From a virus (taxonomy: Duplodnaviria; Caudoviricetes), in the IMG/VR virus record IMGVR_UViG_3300048574_000139, positions 1 to 44,505 of that record: DNA of 44,505 bases. The stretch is one strand, 5' to 3'. Shown piece after piece: positions 24,707-34,370 of this stretch. A model generated the notes under the pieces. That model did not search any database. It was not told the origin of the DNA and saw only the letters and a program-made list of their open reading frames with translations. The position numbers were made by a program, and so were the translations under genes. Position 1 is the stretch's first letter, and every line of letters starts with the position of its first letter.

Positions 24707-24715
24707 GAGCAGCGC

Positions 24716-25126
24716 ATGAACCGCGCCACCCTGCTGGCCCACGCGCAAGGAATCTTGGACGAACTGGCGACAGAGGCGGGCGTGTCCCTGAGTGATGACG
24801 CTCTTGGCATTGCCCGCCAACTGGACGCCGCGGTGCGCGACCTGGGCGACGATGTAACAAACGCGGCGGCAGGCGAGGCGCTTATCGAGTATCACGTCCT
24901 GCGCCGGCTGCGCTACGCCATTGCATCCCGCGTCGATTTTGACGCGACCGCGGTCAAGCGCAACCGCAGCCAGATTTACAACCAACTGCAAGACCTGTTG
25001 ACCGACGCGGCGACACGCGCGGCGGCGGCGGGCCACGCGGTAGTGGCAACGCCGGACGCCCCCAGCGGGCCGCGCCTGGTGCGCCTGAACCTGGATTATC
25101 TGGAGGGCGCGGGCGAATGGCTCTAA
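24716..25126 (+). CDS. Head-tail adaptor-like protein
   Basis: 136-aa helical protein, called by position. Confidence 0.6.
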   Translation: MNRATLLAHAQGILDELATEAGVSLSDDALGIARQLDAAVRDLGDDVTNAAAGEALIEYHVLRRLRYAIASRVDFDATAVKRNRSQIYNQLQDLLTDAATRAAAAGHAVVATPDAPSGPRLVRLNLDYLEGAGEWL

Positions 25127-25632
25127 GCCTGTGGGAGCGGCTCGACAGCGCGTTCGCGGCGGCGTTTGCCGGCGAAATGGGCATAGGCGGCGCGTACACG
25201 TCGCTGACCCTGCGCGACGTGCAAGTCAATGAGACGTGGAATCCCGACCGCGAACCCTGGCCGCGCCTGATCCTCTACAGCACAAGCGCGCGGGTCGGGG
25301 AAAGCGAGCACGGCGGCGGCGGGGTGCGGCGGCTGGATGTGACCTATCCCTACCTGGCCGTAGCGATTGCGACCGGCGACAGCTATGCGACGGCACGGGC
25401 GGATGCGCAGGAGCTTTTCGAGCGCATGTTGGCGGTGCTTGCCAAGGGCGGCCCCATCCTGGCGGCGGCAATGGCAGCGGCCCCGACCAGCAGCGCGCAG
25501 GCGACGCGCATCCGCTTTGAGCGCGGCGGCGCATCCGGCATCGAAGTGCGCGGCAGGCAGGGCAGCAACGGCGGGCGGCATTTGGGAGTTGCCATCGTCG
25601 CCTGGACGGTAGAAACCAAGACCGGCGTCTAA
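25117..25632 (+). CDS. Tail terminator/completion-like protein
   Basis: Position immediately before the tail tube, alpha/beta pattern. Confidence 0.6.
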   Translation: MALSLWERLDSAFAAAFAGEMGIGGAYTSLTLRDVQVNETWNPDREPWPRLILYSTSARVGESEHGGGGVRRLDVTYPYLAVAIATGDSYATARADAQELFERMLAVLAKGGPILAAAMAAAPTSSAQATRIRFERGGASGIEVRGRQGSNGGRHLGVAIVAWTVETKTGV

Positions 25633-25651
25633 GCCGGAAGGACATACTACA

Positions 25652-26686
25652 ATGGCAGGATCACCATCGACCGCGGCGACCTTCAAACTTGCCAAGCAAG
25701 CGAGCAAGGGGACGGCGGCCACTACCGGCTTTATTACGGGCATGATGACGCGTTCTTCATTCCTGCCCGCCCTCGACATCATCACCAAGACCGCCGAACA
25801 CGGCGTCGGCTACTCGCGTGCCACCGCGCACAAGACGGCCACGCGGCGCGGCTCCTACTTAGGGCGCGGCTCCTACCGCGGCTATCTCTATCCCGACCTG
25901 TTCGGCCTGCTGCTGCTCGGCAACGGGTTTAGCGTTACGACCACCGGCGCAAGCGCCAACAAGACGCACACGTTCAAGCTGGCCGCGCGCGACGCCAACC
26001 CCTGGCTGACCGCCCTCTGGAACGCAGACGGCAACAATGAGCTGCGCGGCACAGACGTGCGCGGGACGCGACTGGTTATCGACGGCACGCCGGACGGGGT
26101 GACGGTTGAAGGCGACATCGTGGGCCTGACCGTGGGGGAAGCTGCCGGCACAGAGACAACGACCGCGGAGGACACAGCGGGCGAAATGCTGCCGACCGAA
26201 GGCACGTTGACGCTGGTCTATGACCCCGCCGGCACGCCGGTCACAGTGCTGGAAACGCCGACCGACAGCCTGGCGCAAGTGCAGTTGACCATCAACAACC
26301 CCGTTGACGAGAACGATCGTTCTATCCATCGTTTCGCCCGCGCCAACATCAACCAGACGGGCGTTGACGTGCTGGCGCGCCTGGGCGGGATGGAAATCGA
26401 TTGGGACATCTACAACCGGATTCTAAACGGCTCCACTGCCGGCACATCGCCCAGCACCGACACGGCGGTATTCAGCCTGACCTACAGCTTTGAGAGTGCG
26501 GCCAACATCACCGGCACGGCAGTACCCTACAGCGTCACCGTCACCATCCCGCGCATTGAATTTACGCTGGATGACTTCGCGGCGGACGGCGACAGCCTCA
26601 TCACCTGGAACGCGGCGGGCCGCATGATCGACAACGTGACCGACCCGATCACGATTGCCCTGGTCAGCAAGAAAGCGAGCTACTAA
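25652..26686 (+). CDS. Major tail tube protein
   Basis: 344 aa, Thr-rich beta protein (THTFKL, LTINN, VTIPRIEF) upstream of the chaperone. Confidence 0.8.
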   Translation: MAGSPSTAATFKLAKQASKGTAATTGFITGMMTRSSFLPALDIITKTAEHGVGYSRATAHKTATRRGSYLGRGSYRGYLYPDLFGLLLLGNGFSVTTTGASANKTHTFKLAARDANPWLTALWNADGNNELRGTDVRGTRLVIDGTPDGVTVEGDIVGLTVGEAAGTETTTAEDTAGEMLPTEGTLTLVYDPAGTPVTVLETPTDSLAQVQLTINNPVDENDRSIHRFARANINQTGVDVLARLGGMEIDWDIYNRILNGSTAGTSPSTDTAVFSLTYSFESAANITGTAVPYSVTVTIPRIEFTLDDFAADGDSLITWNAAGRMIDNVTDPITIALVSKKASY

Positions 26687-26688
26687 CC

Positions 26689-27243
26689 ATGTTGACCCGC
26701 GCCACCAGGTATCTCGACATCACCCCGCCGCCTACGCGCAGCGAGCGCACGGCGCTGGAACAGCACGCGGCAGCGCGGGCCGCGGGCGATACCGACACGG
26801 CGGACAAGCTGGCCGCTACGCTGACGGTGACGCGAACGCGCATCACCGTCGCCTGTCTCAACACCCTCCAGTATGGGCGCTATGAAGCCAACCGCCGCCA
26901 GGTTGCGCCGTGGGCAAAGGAGCGCGGGGGCGGGACGGTTGATGACCTGATTGCGACCGAAGCCGGCGCAGTGCTGATTGAGGCCGGCTTGCGTTGGGCG
27001 CGGGCAAACGCGGCGGTGACGGCAGTCGAGACTTACACCGCCAACCGCGTGACGGACGCCGCATCTGACTGGCAGGCGACCGACTGGCCGCAGCTAGGCA
27101 GTATCGACGCCTTTGCGGACGAGGTTCCTGGCGACCTAGTGGAAGCACTGGACGCGCTGATTTTCGACCTGAACCCTGGCCTGTTTCGCTACGGGGAGGG
27201 AGACGCCGACGCCAAAAAAAACGGCGGGATCAGCGTCGGCTGA
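26689..27243 (+). CDS. Tail assembly chaperone (gpG-like)
   Basis: Follows the tail tube and ends DAKKNGG over a slippery site. Confidence 0.8.
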   Translation: MLTRATRYLDITPPPTRSERTALEQHAAARAAGDTDTADKLAATLTVTRTRITVACLNTLQYGRYEANRRQVAPWAKERGGGTVDDLIATEAGAVLIEAGLRWARANAAVTAVETYTANRVTDAASDWQATDWPQLGSIDAFADEVPGDLVEALDALIFDLNPGLFRYGEGDADAKKNGGISVG

Positions 27244-27536
27244 TTCGCCGCGTGTGCGCGGCCATCGCGGAGGCCGCGGCGGAACCGGACAGGCCGCGGC
27301 GCATCAGCCGCGAGGACGCAGCGCAAGCCGCGGACGGACTGCTAGACGAGGCGCACTTGACCGTATTCACGACCTGGTGGGGCATGGGTGGGGCGCAATC
27401 CCCGCCGACGATTAGCGAGATCGCCGCGTGGCCGGCAGCACTGCGCCATGACATGCTGCTGCTCATGGGTGAGATGGGGGAAGCGCAGGCCGCGGCAAGA
27501 CGGCGCAAGGGGCCGCGCAAGGGGGCAAAGAAGTGA
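27216..27536 (+). CDS. -1 frameshift extension of the tail chaperone (gpGT-like)
   Basis: A AAA AAC at 27216-27222. The -1 frame is open (RRDQRRLIRRVCAAI...) to the stop at 27536. Confidence 0.8.
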   Translation, partial: KKRRDQRRLIRRVCAAIAEAAAEPDRPRRISREDAAQAADGLLDEAHLTVFTTWWGMGGAQSPPTISEIAAWPAALRHDMLLLMGEMGEAQAAARRRKGPRKGAKK

Positions 27537-28021
27537 TCAGCCTCGAACCGACCGACGCCAGCGAGCGCGAACTGAAAGACTTTTTGCGGCGGCTAGAAGC
27601 TATTGCCGCGCCCGCCTCCGCGCGTGTCGAGGCGGTGCAGACGGCCATCCGCGCCGGCTTTGCGGACGTGTTCACCAGCGAAGGCGCGGCGGGCGCGGCT
27701 CCCTGGGCGCAACTGGCCGAGGCGACACGGCGCGAGCGCGAGCGGCTGGGCTTTCCGCCCGCGCACCCCATCCTGGAACGCACCGGCGACTATCGCGGCA
27801 GTTTCACCGACGCCGGCCACACCGACCATGTGAGCGAATGGAGCGCGGGCGGGGGCGTGTGGCGCATCGCGGAGGGCAGCCGGCACGAACTGGCGCAATA
27901 CCACGAACAAGGCACGGCGCGTATGCCGGCCCGCCCCGCTACGGCTTTTGGCGCGGCGGTGACAGGGCGCGTCGAAACGGCGCTGGATGAACTATTTCGC
28001 GAATGGTTGGGGCGCTTATGA
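27533..28021 (+). CDS. Phage virion morphogenesis (Mu gpG/tail S-like) protein
   Basis: PWAQLAEAT...ILERTG.YR.S...AQYHEQGT.RMPARP motifs. Confidence 0.85.
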   Translation: MISLEPTDASERELKDFLRRLEAIAAPASARVEAVQTAIRAGFADVFTSEGAAGAAPWAQLAEATRRERERLGFPPAHPILERTGDYRGSFTDAGHTDHVSEWSAGGGVWRIAEGSRHELAQYHEQGTARMPARPATAFGAAVTGRVETALDELFREWLGRL

Positions 28022-28026
28022 CGCGC

Positions 28027-28404
28027 CTAGTAGCGTTCGATGGTTTCCGGCGCAACGCCTACCAGTTGACCGACGTGCACCCAACCGTAGCAGGTGGGGG
28101 ACACCTTGACATCGAAGTAGAGCGCGCCGTTCGGCAGGCGCTCCCCGCGGCGAATGGCCGCCCGCTCCCCCGCTTTGGGGCGGCAGACAATGGCGGCCCC
28201 GGCAAGTTGGGGACGCGTTTCCAGTCCTGGCAGGGTGGTCAGCATCGTATCGACGCGGATCGCCAGCGGTGCGGCGGGGGCGGTGCGGCTGACCGTGCGC
28301 TGCGCCGGATCGGACAACCAGAGGGCGGCAAAGACCAGGACGCACACGGCGACAATGGCCGCCGCGCCCAACCATTCATAGGCACTCAATTTGTTTTTGC
28401 TCAT
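28027..28404 (-). CDS. Antisense moron: single-TM-anchored protein with small beta (SH3-like) domain
   Basis: MSKNKLS followed by a hydrophobic helix. C-terminal YFDVKV...GWV. Confidence 0.65.
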   Translation of the reverse strand: MSKNKLSAYEWLGAAAIVAVCVLVFAALWLSDPAQRTVSRTAPAAPLAIRVDTMLTTLPGLETRPQLAGAAIVCRPKAGERAAIRRGERLPNGALYFDVKVSPTCYGWVHVGQLVGVAPETIERY

Positions 28405-28459
28405 GCCCTCATTATCGCGCAGACGGGCGCAAAACGTAGCAGCCAAAATGAGGTAACGC

Positions 28460-31330
28460 GTGGCTGACGGCAAATTCGTTTACGAGGTTGTGATTGACGC
28501 GGCGACCGCCCAGGCCGCGGCGCGCAAGCTGCGCGCAGTCTTTGAGCAGGAGTTGGCGCAAGCACAGGCCGCACCGCAAAGCACCCAGGCGCAGACACAG
28601 GCGAACAGGGCGGCGGCGCAGGCGGCCACGGAGTTTGTGCGCCAGCAAACGGCGGCAGTGCGCGGGGAACAGACGCGGCAGACGGCCATCGTCCGCGCTG
28701 AGAGTGCGGAACGGGCGGCGGCGGCGCGGCAGGAAGCGCAGATGACCGGCGAGGCGGCGCGCATGGCGCGGGCGCTGGTGGAGGGTGAGCAAAAGCGGCT
28801 GACCGCCTCCTACACCGCCGAAATCCGCAAGCGCGAGCGCGAGGAGCGGGCCGCGGCGCAAACTGCCGCACGTTCGCAGGCGTCACCATTGCGCAACGTC
28901 GGCGGTGCGCTGCGCGGCATTGACAGCTTTCTTGCTCTAGGCATGGGCGGGCTGGCGGGCTACGGCGCGATACAGGCAGGGCAGGCGTTTTACAGCGCGG
29001 GCCGCGAGGGTGCGGAAATGGAGCGCACCGCCCAACTCTACGAAATCGTGACGGCGCGCATGGGCGTGAGCGCGGCCAAACTGCTGGAAACGATGCAGGC
29101 GGCGTCGCGCGGCGTGCTGACTGAGGCGCAGGCGCAAAGCCAGGGGCTGCAAATTCTCTCGCAGAAATGGGCCGGCACGCGCACGGACATCGTAGCAGAC
29201 GCGGGCATACTCACCGCGGCGTCGCGCAAATTCGCCATGATCTACCCCGACAGCGAGGGGCGGCCGCAGTCATCCAACGAGGTGGCGGCCAAACTGCTTT
29301 CATATATCCGCGAGGGCAACAAAGAGTTAGTAGATCAATTCAACATCAACAATGCGGCCATTGCGCAGGCCGCGGGCGTGCCTAATGAAAACCTGACATC
29401 TGAGGACAGGGCGCGCGGGCTGTTCAAAATTCTGGCAGAGGAAATTGAGCGTATCCCCGACACGATGGGGACATCGATAGAAAAGATACAACAGTCCGAA
29501 GCGGAATTTAGCGATGCGATGGATCGCATCAAGCGGGCGCTAGCCGGCCCCACGGCGGGCGCGGCGGTGTTCGTGGCTGACATCGTGGAAGGCGCGCAGC
29601 GTTCCGCCAACGTTTCGTCGGGTGGTTCCACACTGAGCGAAACGCGGGCGCAACTGGGCGGAACCTACGCCGGTCTGCCCGCACAAAACGCGCTTGGCGG
29701 GCAAAACGCGCAGCGGCAGGCCATCGAAGAATATCTCGCCGTGGCGGAAAAATTCGACGCGGCCATGAGTAAGAACGGCGCGAGCGCGGCAGGCTTTCAG
29801 GCGCAGCTAAACGGGCTGGGACAAGCCCTCTACGCGCAAAGCGGGTTGACGACCGACCAGTACAACCAGTTAAACGAACTGGCGCGGCGGCTGCAACTGG
29901 TGGCGGAAGGCAACGACGCCTACAGCCGCACAATGGGCAAGGTGACGCAGGCCGGCGTCGAACAGAACACCGAACTACTGGCAATCGCCCGCGCAATGGC
30001 GAGCTATGAAGAAATGCTCATTAGCGGCCAGATCACCATGCCGCAGTACATTACGGGTCTGGAGCGGCTGGCTGAGCACCTGGGCATCGTGGCGACCGCC
30101 GCGGGTTTTGCCGCGGGCGCAATCGACGCGGTGAACGCGGCCACCAGCGCCAAGCCAGGCGGCAGCGTTACGACCCTGGGTGCATGGGTGCGCGGGCAGG
30201 AAGTCCAAGCCGCGGGGCGCGGGCGCGAGCTGTTGGATACGGTAAAGAACACGTCACGCGGCGGGCGGCAGTCCATCAACCCGTTGACCGGCCAGCCCAA
30301 CGTCAGCGGGCCGGGCGGCAGCAGCCGCGCGGGTGACGCGATGGACAACTTTGGCGCGGCGGTCGGCAAATTCCAGGAGCAAGAGGCTGCCAAGGCGTCA
30401 CGCGCCTGGAGCGGCGCGGCGGACAAGACCGCCAAGGCATTTGCGCAGGCGGCGGAGGATGCAGCCGGCGCGTTCGAGGACGCCTTGGGCAAAGTCCCCG
30501 GCCTGTTCGGGACGAGCGATGTCACCGCGCAGGACATGGCGGACGCGGCGGCGGGCGTGTACCAGCCAAAAGCGGACGAGTATCTGCGCCAGTTGCGTGA
30601 CGAGGTGCTTAACGGCAAGGACTACGCGGGCGTTGACCTGGCGGACATTGCGGGCGTGGCGGGCGTTGACCAGGGGCTTAGCAAGGAAGCGCAGTTACGC
30701 CAGATCGAAGGCATGTGGAACGATTCCAGCCTGTTCGCCAACCCCGACGCCCTGCGCTTTATCAACCGCGATGCGATTCAGGCGCAGCAAGACCGCGACG
30801 CAGCAAGCGCGGCAGGCAAAGCCAACATTTACGCCATGCTGGGCCTGGGGCCGGATTCGCCGCTTACGCCGGATCAGCAAGCCGCCTATGCGCAGATGAC
30901 GGGGCTTGACACGACCGACCCGCTCGGCAACATCACGCAGCAGCGGCGCATCCTGACCGGCGCAAACGGGCAGGCGATGGCGCTCACCATCGGGGGCGGG
31001 CAGCCGCGGACGCCGGAAGAACTGCAAGCCGCGACCGCCGCGCCCGAACAGACGCCGCAACAGGCCGTGGCCGCCGCGCTTGCCAAGCCGGAGAACACGG
31101 GCGGCGGCGGCAAGGCATTCCTTGACGAACTGCTGGCGGGCCTGACCCCGGAACAAATCGGCGGCGAGACCGCCAAGACGCTGCAAGCCCTCGGCACGTC
31201 CATCTTTGGGGCCATCTTCACCGGCTACGAAAGCGCGGCGGGGGAAGCGGATTGGAGCGAAGCCGTGGTCGCGGGGCTGGTTGACGAAGTGCTGCCGGGC
31301 GTGCTGACCGCGTTGGAGGGTAACTTGTAA
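28460..31330 (+). CDS. Tape measure protein
   Basis: 956 aa, Ala/Gln-rich helical protein at the canonical position. Confidence 0.88.
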   Translation: MADGKFVYEVVIDAATAQAAARKLRAVFEQELAQAQAAPQSTQAQTQANRAAAQAATEFVRQQTAAVRGEQTRQTAIVRAESAERAAAARQEAQMTGEAARMARALVEGEQKRLTASYTAEIRKREREERAAAQTAARSQASPLRNVGGALRGIDSFLALGMGGLAGYGAIQAGQAFYSAGREGAEMERTAQLYEIVTARMGVSAAKLLETMQAASRGVLTEAQAQSQGLQILSQKWAGTRTDIVADAGILTAASRKFAMIYPDSEGRPQSSNEVAAKLLSYIREGNKELVDQFNINNAAIAQAAGVPNENLTSEDRARGLFKILAEEIERIPDTMGTSIEKIQQSEAEFSDAMDRIKRALAGPTAGAAVFVADIVEGAQRSANVSSGGSTLSETRAQLGGTYAGLPAQNALGGQNAQRQAIEEYLAVAEKFDAAMSKNGASAAGFQAQLNGLGQALYAQSGLTTDQYNQLNELARRLQLVAEGNDAYSRTMGKVTQAGVEQNTELLAIARAMASYEEMLISGQITMPQYITGLERLAEHLGIVATAAGFAAGAIDAVNAATSAKPGGSVTTLGAWVRGQEVQAAGRGRELLDTVKNTSRGGRQSINPLTGQPNVSGPGGSSRAGDAMDNFGAAVGKFQEQEAAKASRAWSGAADKTAKAFAQAAEDAAGAFEDALGKVPGLFGTSDVTAQDMADAAAGVYQPKADEYLRQLRDEVLNGKDYAGVDLADIAGVAGVDQGLSKEAQLRQIEGMWNDSSLFANPDALRFINRDAIQAQQDRDAASAAGKANIYAMLGLGPDSPLTPDQQAAYAQMTGLDTTDPLGNITQQRRILTGANGQAMALTIGGGQPRTPEELQAATAAPEQTPQQAVAAALAKPENTGGGGKAFLDELLAGLTPEQIGGETAKTLQALGTSIFGAIFTGYESAAGEADWSEAVVAGLVDEVLPGVLTALEGNL

Positions 31331-31683
31331 TGGCGACGGGGATGCAGATCAACAGCATAGCCATCGACCAGCCGATGGACGAGAGCGGCACGTACCACTT
31401 CGCGCGGCCCGTTATCGGCACGAACGGGCGCGGCGCGGCCATTCTCGCGCCCTATGCCACCTTGACATGGCGCTGGGATTACCTGACCCCCACGCAAATG
31501 AACTGGTGGATCAATGGCATCTTGCTGGCCGCGGCGTCGCAGGAGTACACGCAAGCCAAGTTTTTCAATGAGGTGGGCGTCTTGACCACCTATGCACATT
31601 GTATCGTCTACAAGCCCACCTATGCTCGCTTTCAGGACGGGCTGCTGTGGGAAGTTGAAGTTATTATCGACTGGATATACTGA
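31330..31683 (+). CDS. Distal tail (Dit-like) protein
   Basis: 117 aa after the tape measure, with LTWRWDYLT motif. Confidence 0.65.
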   Translation: MATGMQINSIAIDQPMDESGTYHFARPVIGTNGRGAAILAPYATLTWRWDYLTPTQMNWWINGILLAAASQEYTQAKFFNEVGVLTTYAHCIVYKPTYARFQDGLLWEVEVIIDWIY

Positions 31684-31685
31684 GC

Positions 31686-34370
31686 ATGGCGACGCCCTAC
31701 CAGTTTCGCGCCTTTATCGGGCCGGCCTACGAACCTAGCGCCAGCCCTTACGCCTACCACTGGCCGGATATTTTCAGTTTTAGCCGCGACATCACCGCGA
31801 CCGAAACGACCATTACCGGCACACTGGCGGACGGCGCGACCTCCATCACCCTGGCGGCCACCCCGCAGGCGACCAAGGGCGGCTACTGGATAGCGCCCAA
31901 TGGCAGCGGGCAGGCGTGGGAATACGTGGGCTACAGCGGCGTTTCCGGCAACACCTTGACCGGCTTGCGGCGCGAGGCGGCGGGCGCCCGCGAGCACAAC
32001 GGCGTGCACACTTCGGGCGCGCTGGTGCGGCAATGGTGGTTACTGGACGGCGATAACGGCGCGTTCACCCTGGCCGAAACGCTGGATGACAACCTGAGCG
32101 CCATTACCTGGCAGGCGGAACTGGCGGGCGTGTACGCGCCGCAAGCGTCGTTACGGCAGGCGCACCTGATCATGGTGCAAACCAAGGCCGGCGCGGGCAG
32201 TTGGACAAACTTCCTACTTGGCTTCGTCCGCCAACCACGCGTGCGCGACGATGCGCGCCGCACGCAAGCATGGCAGGCGCAGATCGTGTCGTTGGCGCAG
32301 GTGTTGGAGGGTTACAGCAGCAAGTCAATTCGCGTCGGAGACATCGACCTCGCCAAGGCGGGCAATGCACAAAGCGACATTCCGCTTGCCAGGGCTTACA
32401 AGGAATACGCCAGCGGCGAGTATGCGGCGGCTGACCCCGACCTGACCGGCGCGGCGGCGATTGACGGCGACCCTGACACACTCTGGATTGCTGAGCGGTT
32501 CCGCGGCACCGCGCCGGGCCTGACCTACCCGTCCAACTCATTCGACATCAAAGAAGGGCGCTTTGTGTCGGGGCTGCGCATCCATCGCTGGCCGGGGGAA
32601 CCGAAGGGCTATCGCTGGCTGGAATTTCTCGCGCCGGAAGCTGCCTACCCGAACACGCTCAATAATGGCTTGCTTGCCAACAAGACCAGCGCCGCCGCGG
32701 TCAATATCAATTTTGACGGCTTAGACACCAGCCCCGGCGACCTGATCGTGTTCTGCGAGAATCAGGCGCTCTTTGAGCAAGCCAACCCGTTAGCCGCGCC
32801 GCTGGCAATTTTCGAGATCGGCGCGGGCTGGTTTGACAGCCTTGACCTGGCCGGCGACGCGGTGGCGGTCTATATCGGCGGCTGGTATCCGACCGTGGCG
32901 TGGGGGACGGGCGGCACACCGGCAGCGCCAGGCGGCTTGACTGGGCGCAGTTGGAGCGGCCCAACCATTGCCGCACCAGGAATCGGGCAGGTGATCCGCT
33001 ATGACTATGTAGCGGGGGCGGCCAACAGCGCGGCCTATTTCAAGGTCGATTACGTAGACATGGCGGCTTACCGCAACGGCGGGGAAGACCCTTGGGTGAA
33101 AGTGACCTTGCCGCCGCTGGGCCTGACATTGCGCGACGACATCACGGCGGGCGCGCCGGCAGTGGGGGCAAAACTCTACACCGTCAAGGGTGCGCAGGCG
33201 AGCACGGAAGGGCTGGCGGCAACCGGCACGCTGCAACTGGGTCTGGAGCAAATCAGCTACAGCAGCCGCGCCGCGGACGGGGTGATTGTCAGTGCACGCG
33301 GGGCGGGTGGCACGACCGCCGCGACGCACGTACAGGGTGACACCGTGCGCGTGCTCGACACCGACGGCGTGGCGTCGGTCGGGCAACTGGTCAGCAGCAT
33401 CACCGTCCGCCGCGCACGCACGCCCTATATCGAAAGCTTCAAAATCCGGATCGGCAACGGCGACAGCGCCCGCACCCCGCCCGATGACAACCATGACGAG
33501 GACTACACCATTGTAGCGTCCCCGACCAGCAACAGCGCGGCGGACTACACGGTGACACTCAGTCCCGCGCGGCGCGTGACGAACGTCATTGTCGAGATAG
33601 ACCACATGGCCGGCACGCTCTACCGCCCGCGCATCAACGACATTGCGATTCTGGCGTCCACCACCGCCTTCGATTCCTCCTATGTGCTGGCGGCGCAAGA
33701 CGCGGCCTATGTCGCCGCCAAGGTGCTGGTTAACGCCGGTATGCCCAGCGGGGCGGGGCCGGTGACGTTGGGCGCGGGCGTGGTTGACGACTTGCAGACC
33801 GCAGAGGGTGAAAGCGCGTGGAGCGTGGCCGCGGACTTAGCCGCGCACACGGGCTTATTGCTCGACTGTACGCGCCTGGGCAGCGTGGCAATCGGCCCCA
33901 ATGGGCTGACCGGCGCGGCGTTGTCCTCTGGCTCCACCTGGACGGATGTCAACGGCGCGGGCGTCGAAATGGTGCAAGCCTACAGTGGCGCGGTTGGGCA
34001 GGTGAAAATACCCTACCGCCTGCCGGACGGCACGACGGGCGAGGCCAAATACCCGACCGAACCGGCTTTTGCTGCCGAGCAGGTGTTGGAGATGGCGGAA
34101 ACGCGCTTTGCCACCGGTGCGGCGGCCACCGACGCCGCCAAGCGCACCTACATTCGCCGCCGCTACCCGCTGCAACTGGTGGTGCAGTGCGCGGACGAAC
34201 AGCCGGCCATGCGGCCCGGCGCGGTGGTGACGGTGCAATGGACGCTAGCGACGGGGATGCAGCAAATCAGCCGCGTGGGGGTGGTGGCGGCAGCGGATCA
34301 CCAAATCCGGCGCGGCGTGTGGACAAGCGTGCTGACCGTGCTGCAACTGGACAGGGAGGCGGCGGGCTAA
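31686..34370 (+). CDS. Tail hub/baseplate protein with inserted carbohydrate-binding-like domains
   Basis: 894 aa. AAIDGDPDTLW (F5/8-like), RG..GT.A..H..G..V motif and a hub-like C-terminus (MRPGAVVTV). Confidence 0.65.
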   Translation: MATPYQFRAFIGPAYEPSASPYAYHWPDIFSFSRDITATETTITGTLADGATSITLAATPQATKGGYWIAPNGSGQAWEYVGYSGVSGNTLTGLRREAAGAREHNGVHTSGALVRQWWLLDGDNGAFTLAETLDDNLSAITWQAELAGVYAPQASLRQAHLIMVQTKAGAGSWTNFLLGFVRQPRVRDDARRTQAWQAQIVSLAQVLEGYSSKSIRVGDIDLAKAGNAQSDIPLARAYKEYASGEYAAADPDLTGAAAIDGDPDTLWIAERFRGTAPGLTYPSNSFDIKEGRFVSGLRIHRWPGEPKGYRWLEFLAPEAAYPNTLNNGLLANKTSAAAVNINFDGLDTSPGDLIVFCENQALFEQANPLAAPLAIFEIGAGWFDSLDLAGDAVAVYIGGWYPTVAWGTGGTPAAPGGLTGRSWSGPTIAAPGIGQVIRYDYVAGAANSAAYFKVDYVDMAAYRNGGEDPWVKVTLPPLGLTLRDDITAGAPAVGAKLYTVKGAQASTEGLAATGTLQLGLEQISYSSRAADGVIVSARGAGGTTAATHVQGDTVRVLDTDGVASVGQLVSSITVRRARTPYIESFKIRIGNGDSARTPPDDNHDEDYTIVASPTSNSAADYTVTLSPARRVTNVIVEIDHMAGTLYRPRINDIAILASTTAFDSSYVLAAQDAAYVAAKVLVNAGMPSGAGPVTLGAGVVDDLQTAEGESAWSVAADLAAHTGLLLDCTRLGSVAIGPNGLTGAALSSGSTWTDVNGAGVEMVQAYSGAVGQVKIPYRLPDGTTGEAKYPTEPAFAAEQVLEMAETRFATGAAATDAAKRTYIRRRYPLQLVVQCADEQPAMRPGAVVTVQWTLATGMQQISRVGVVAAADHQIRRGVWTSVLTVLQLDREAAG

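Noticed and set aside
33818-34369. N-terminal 184 aa of the 1154-aa ORF
   Set aside because: It overlaps the hub gene out of frame. TAATG coupling supports ATG 34370.
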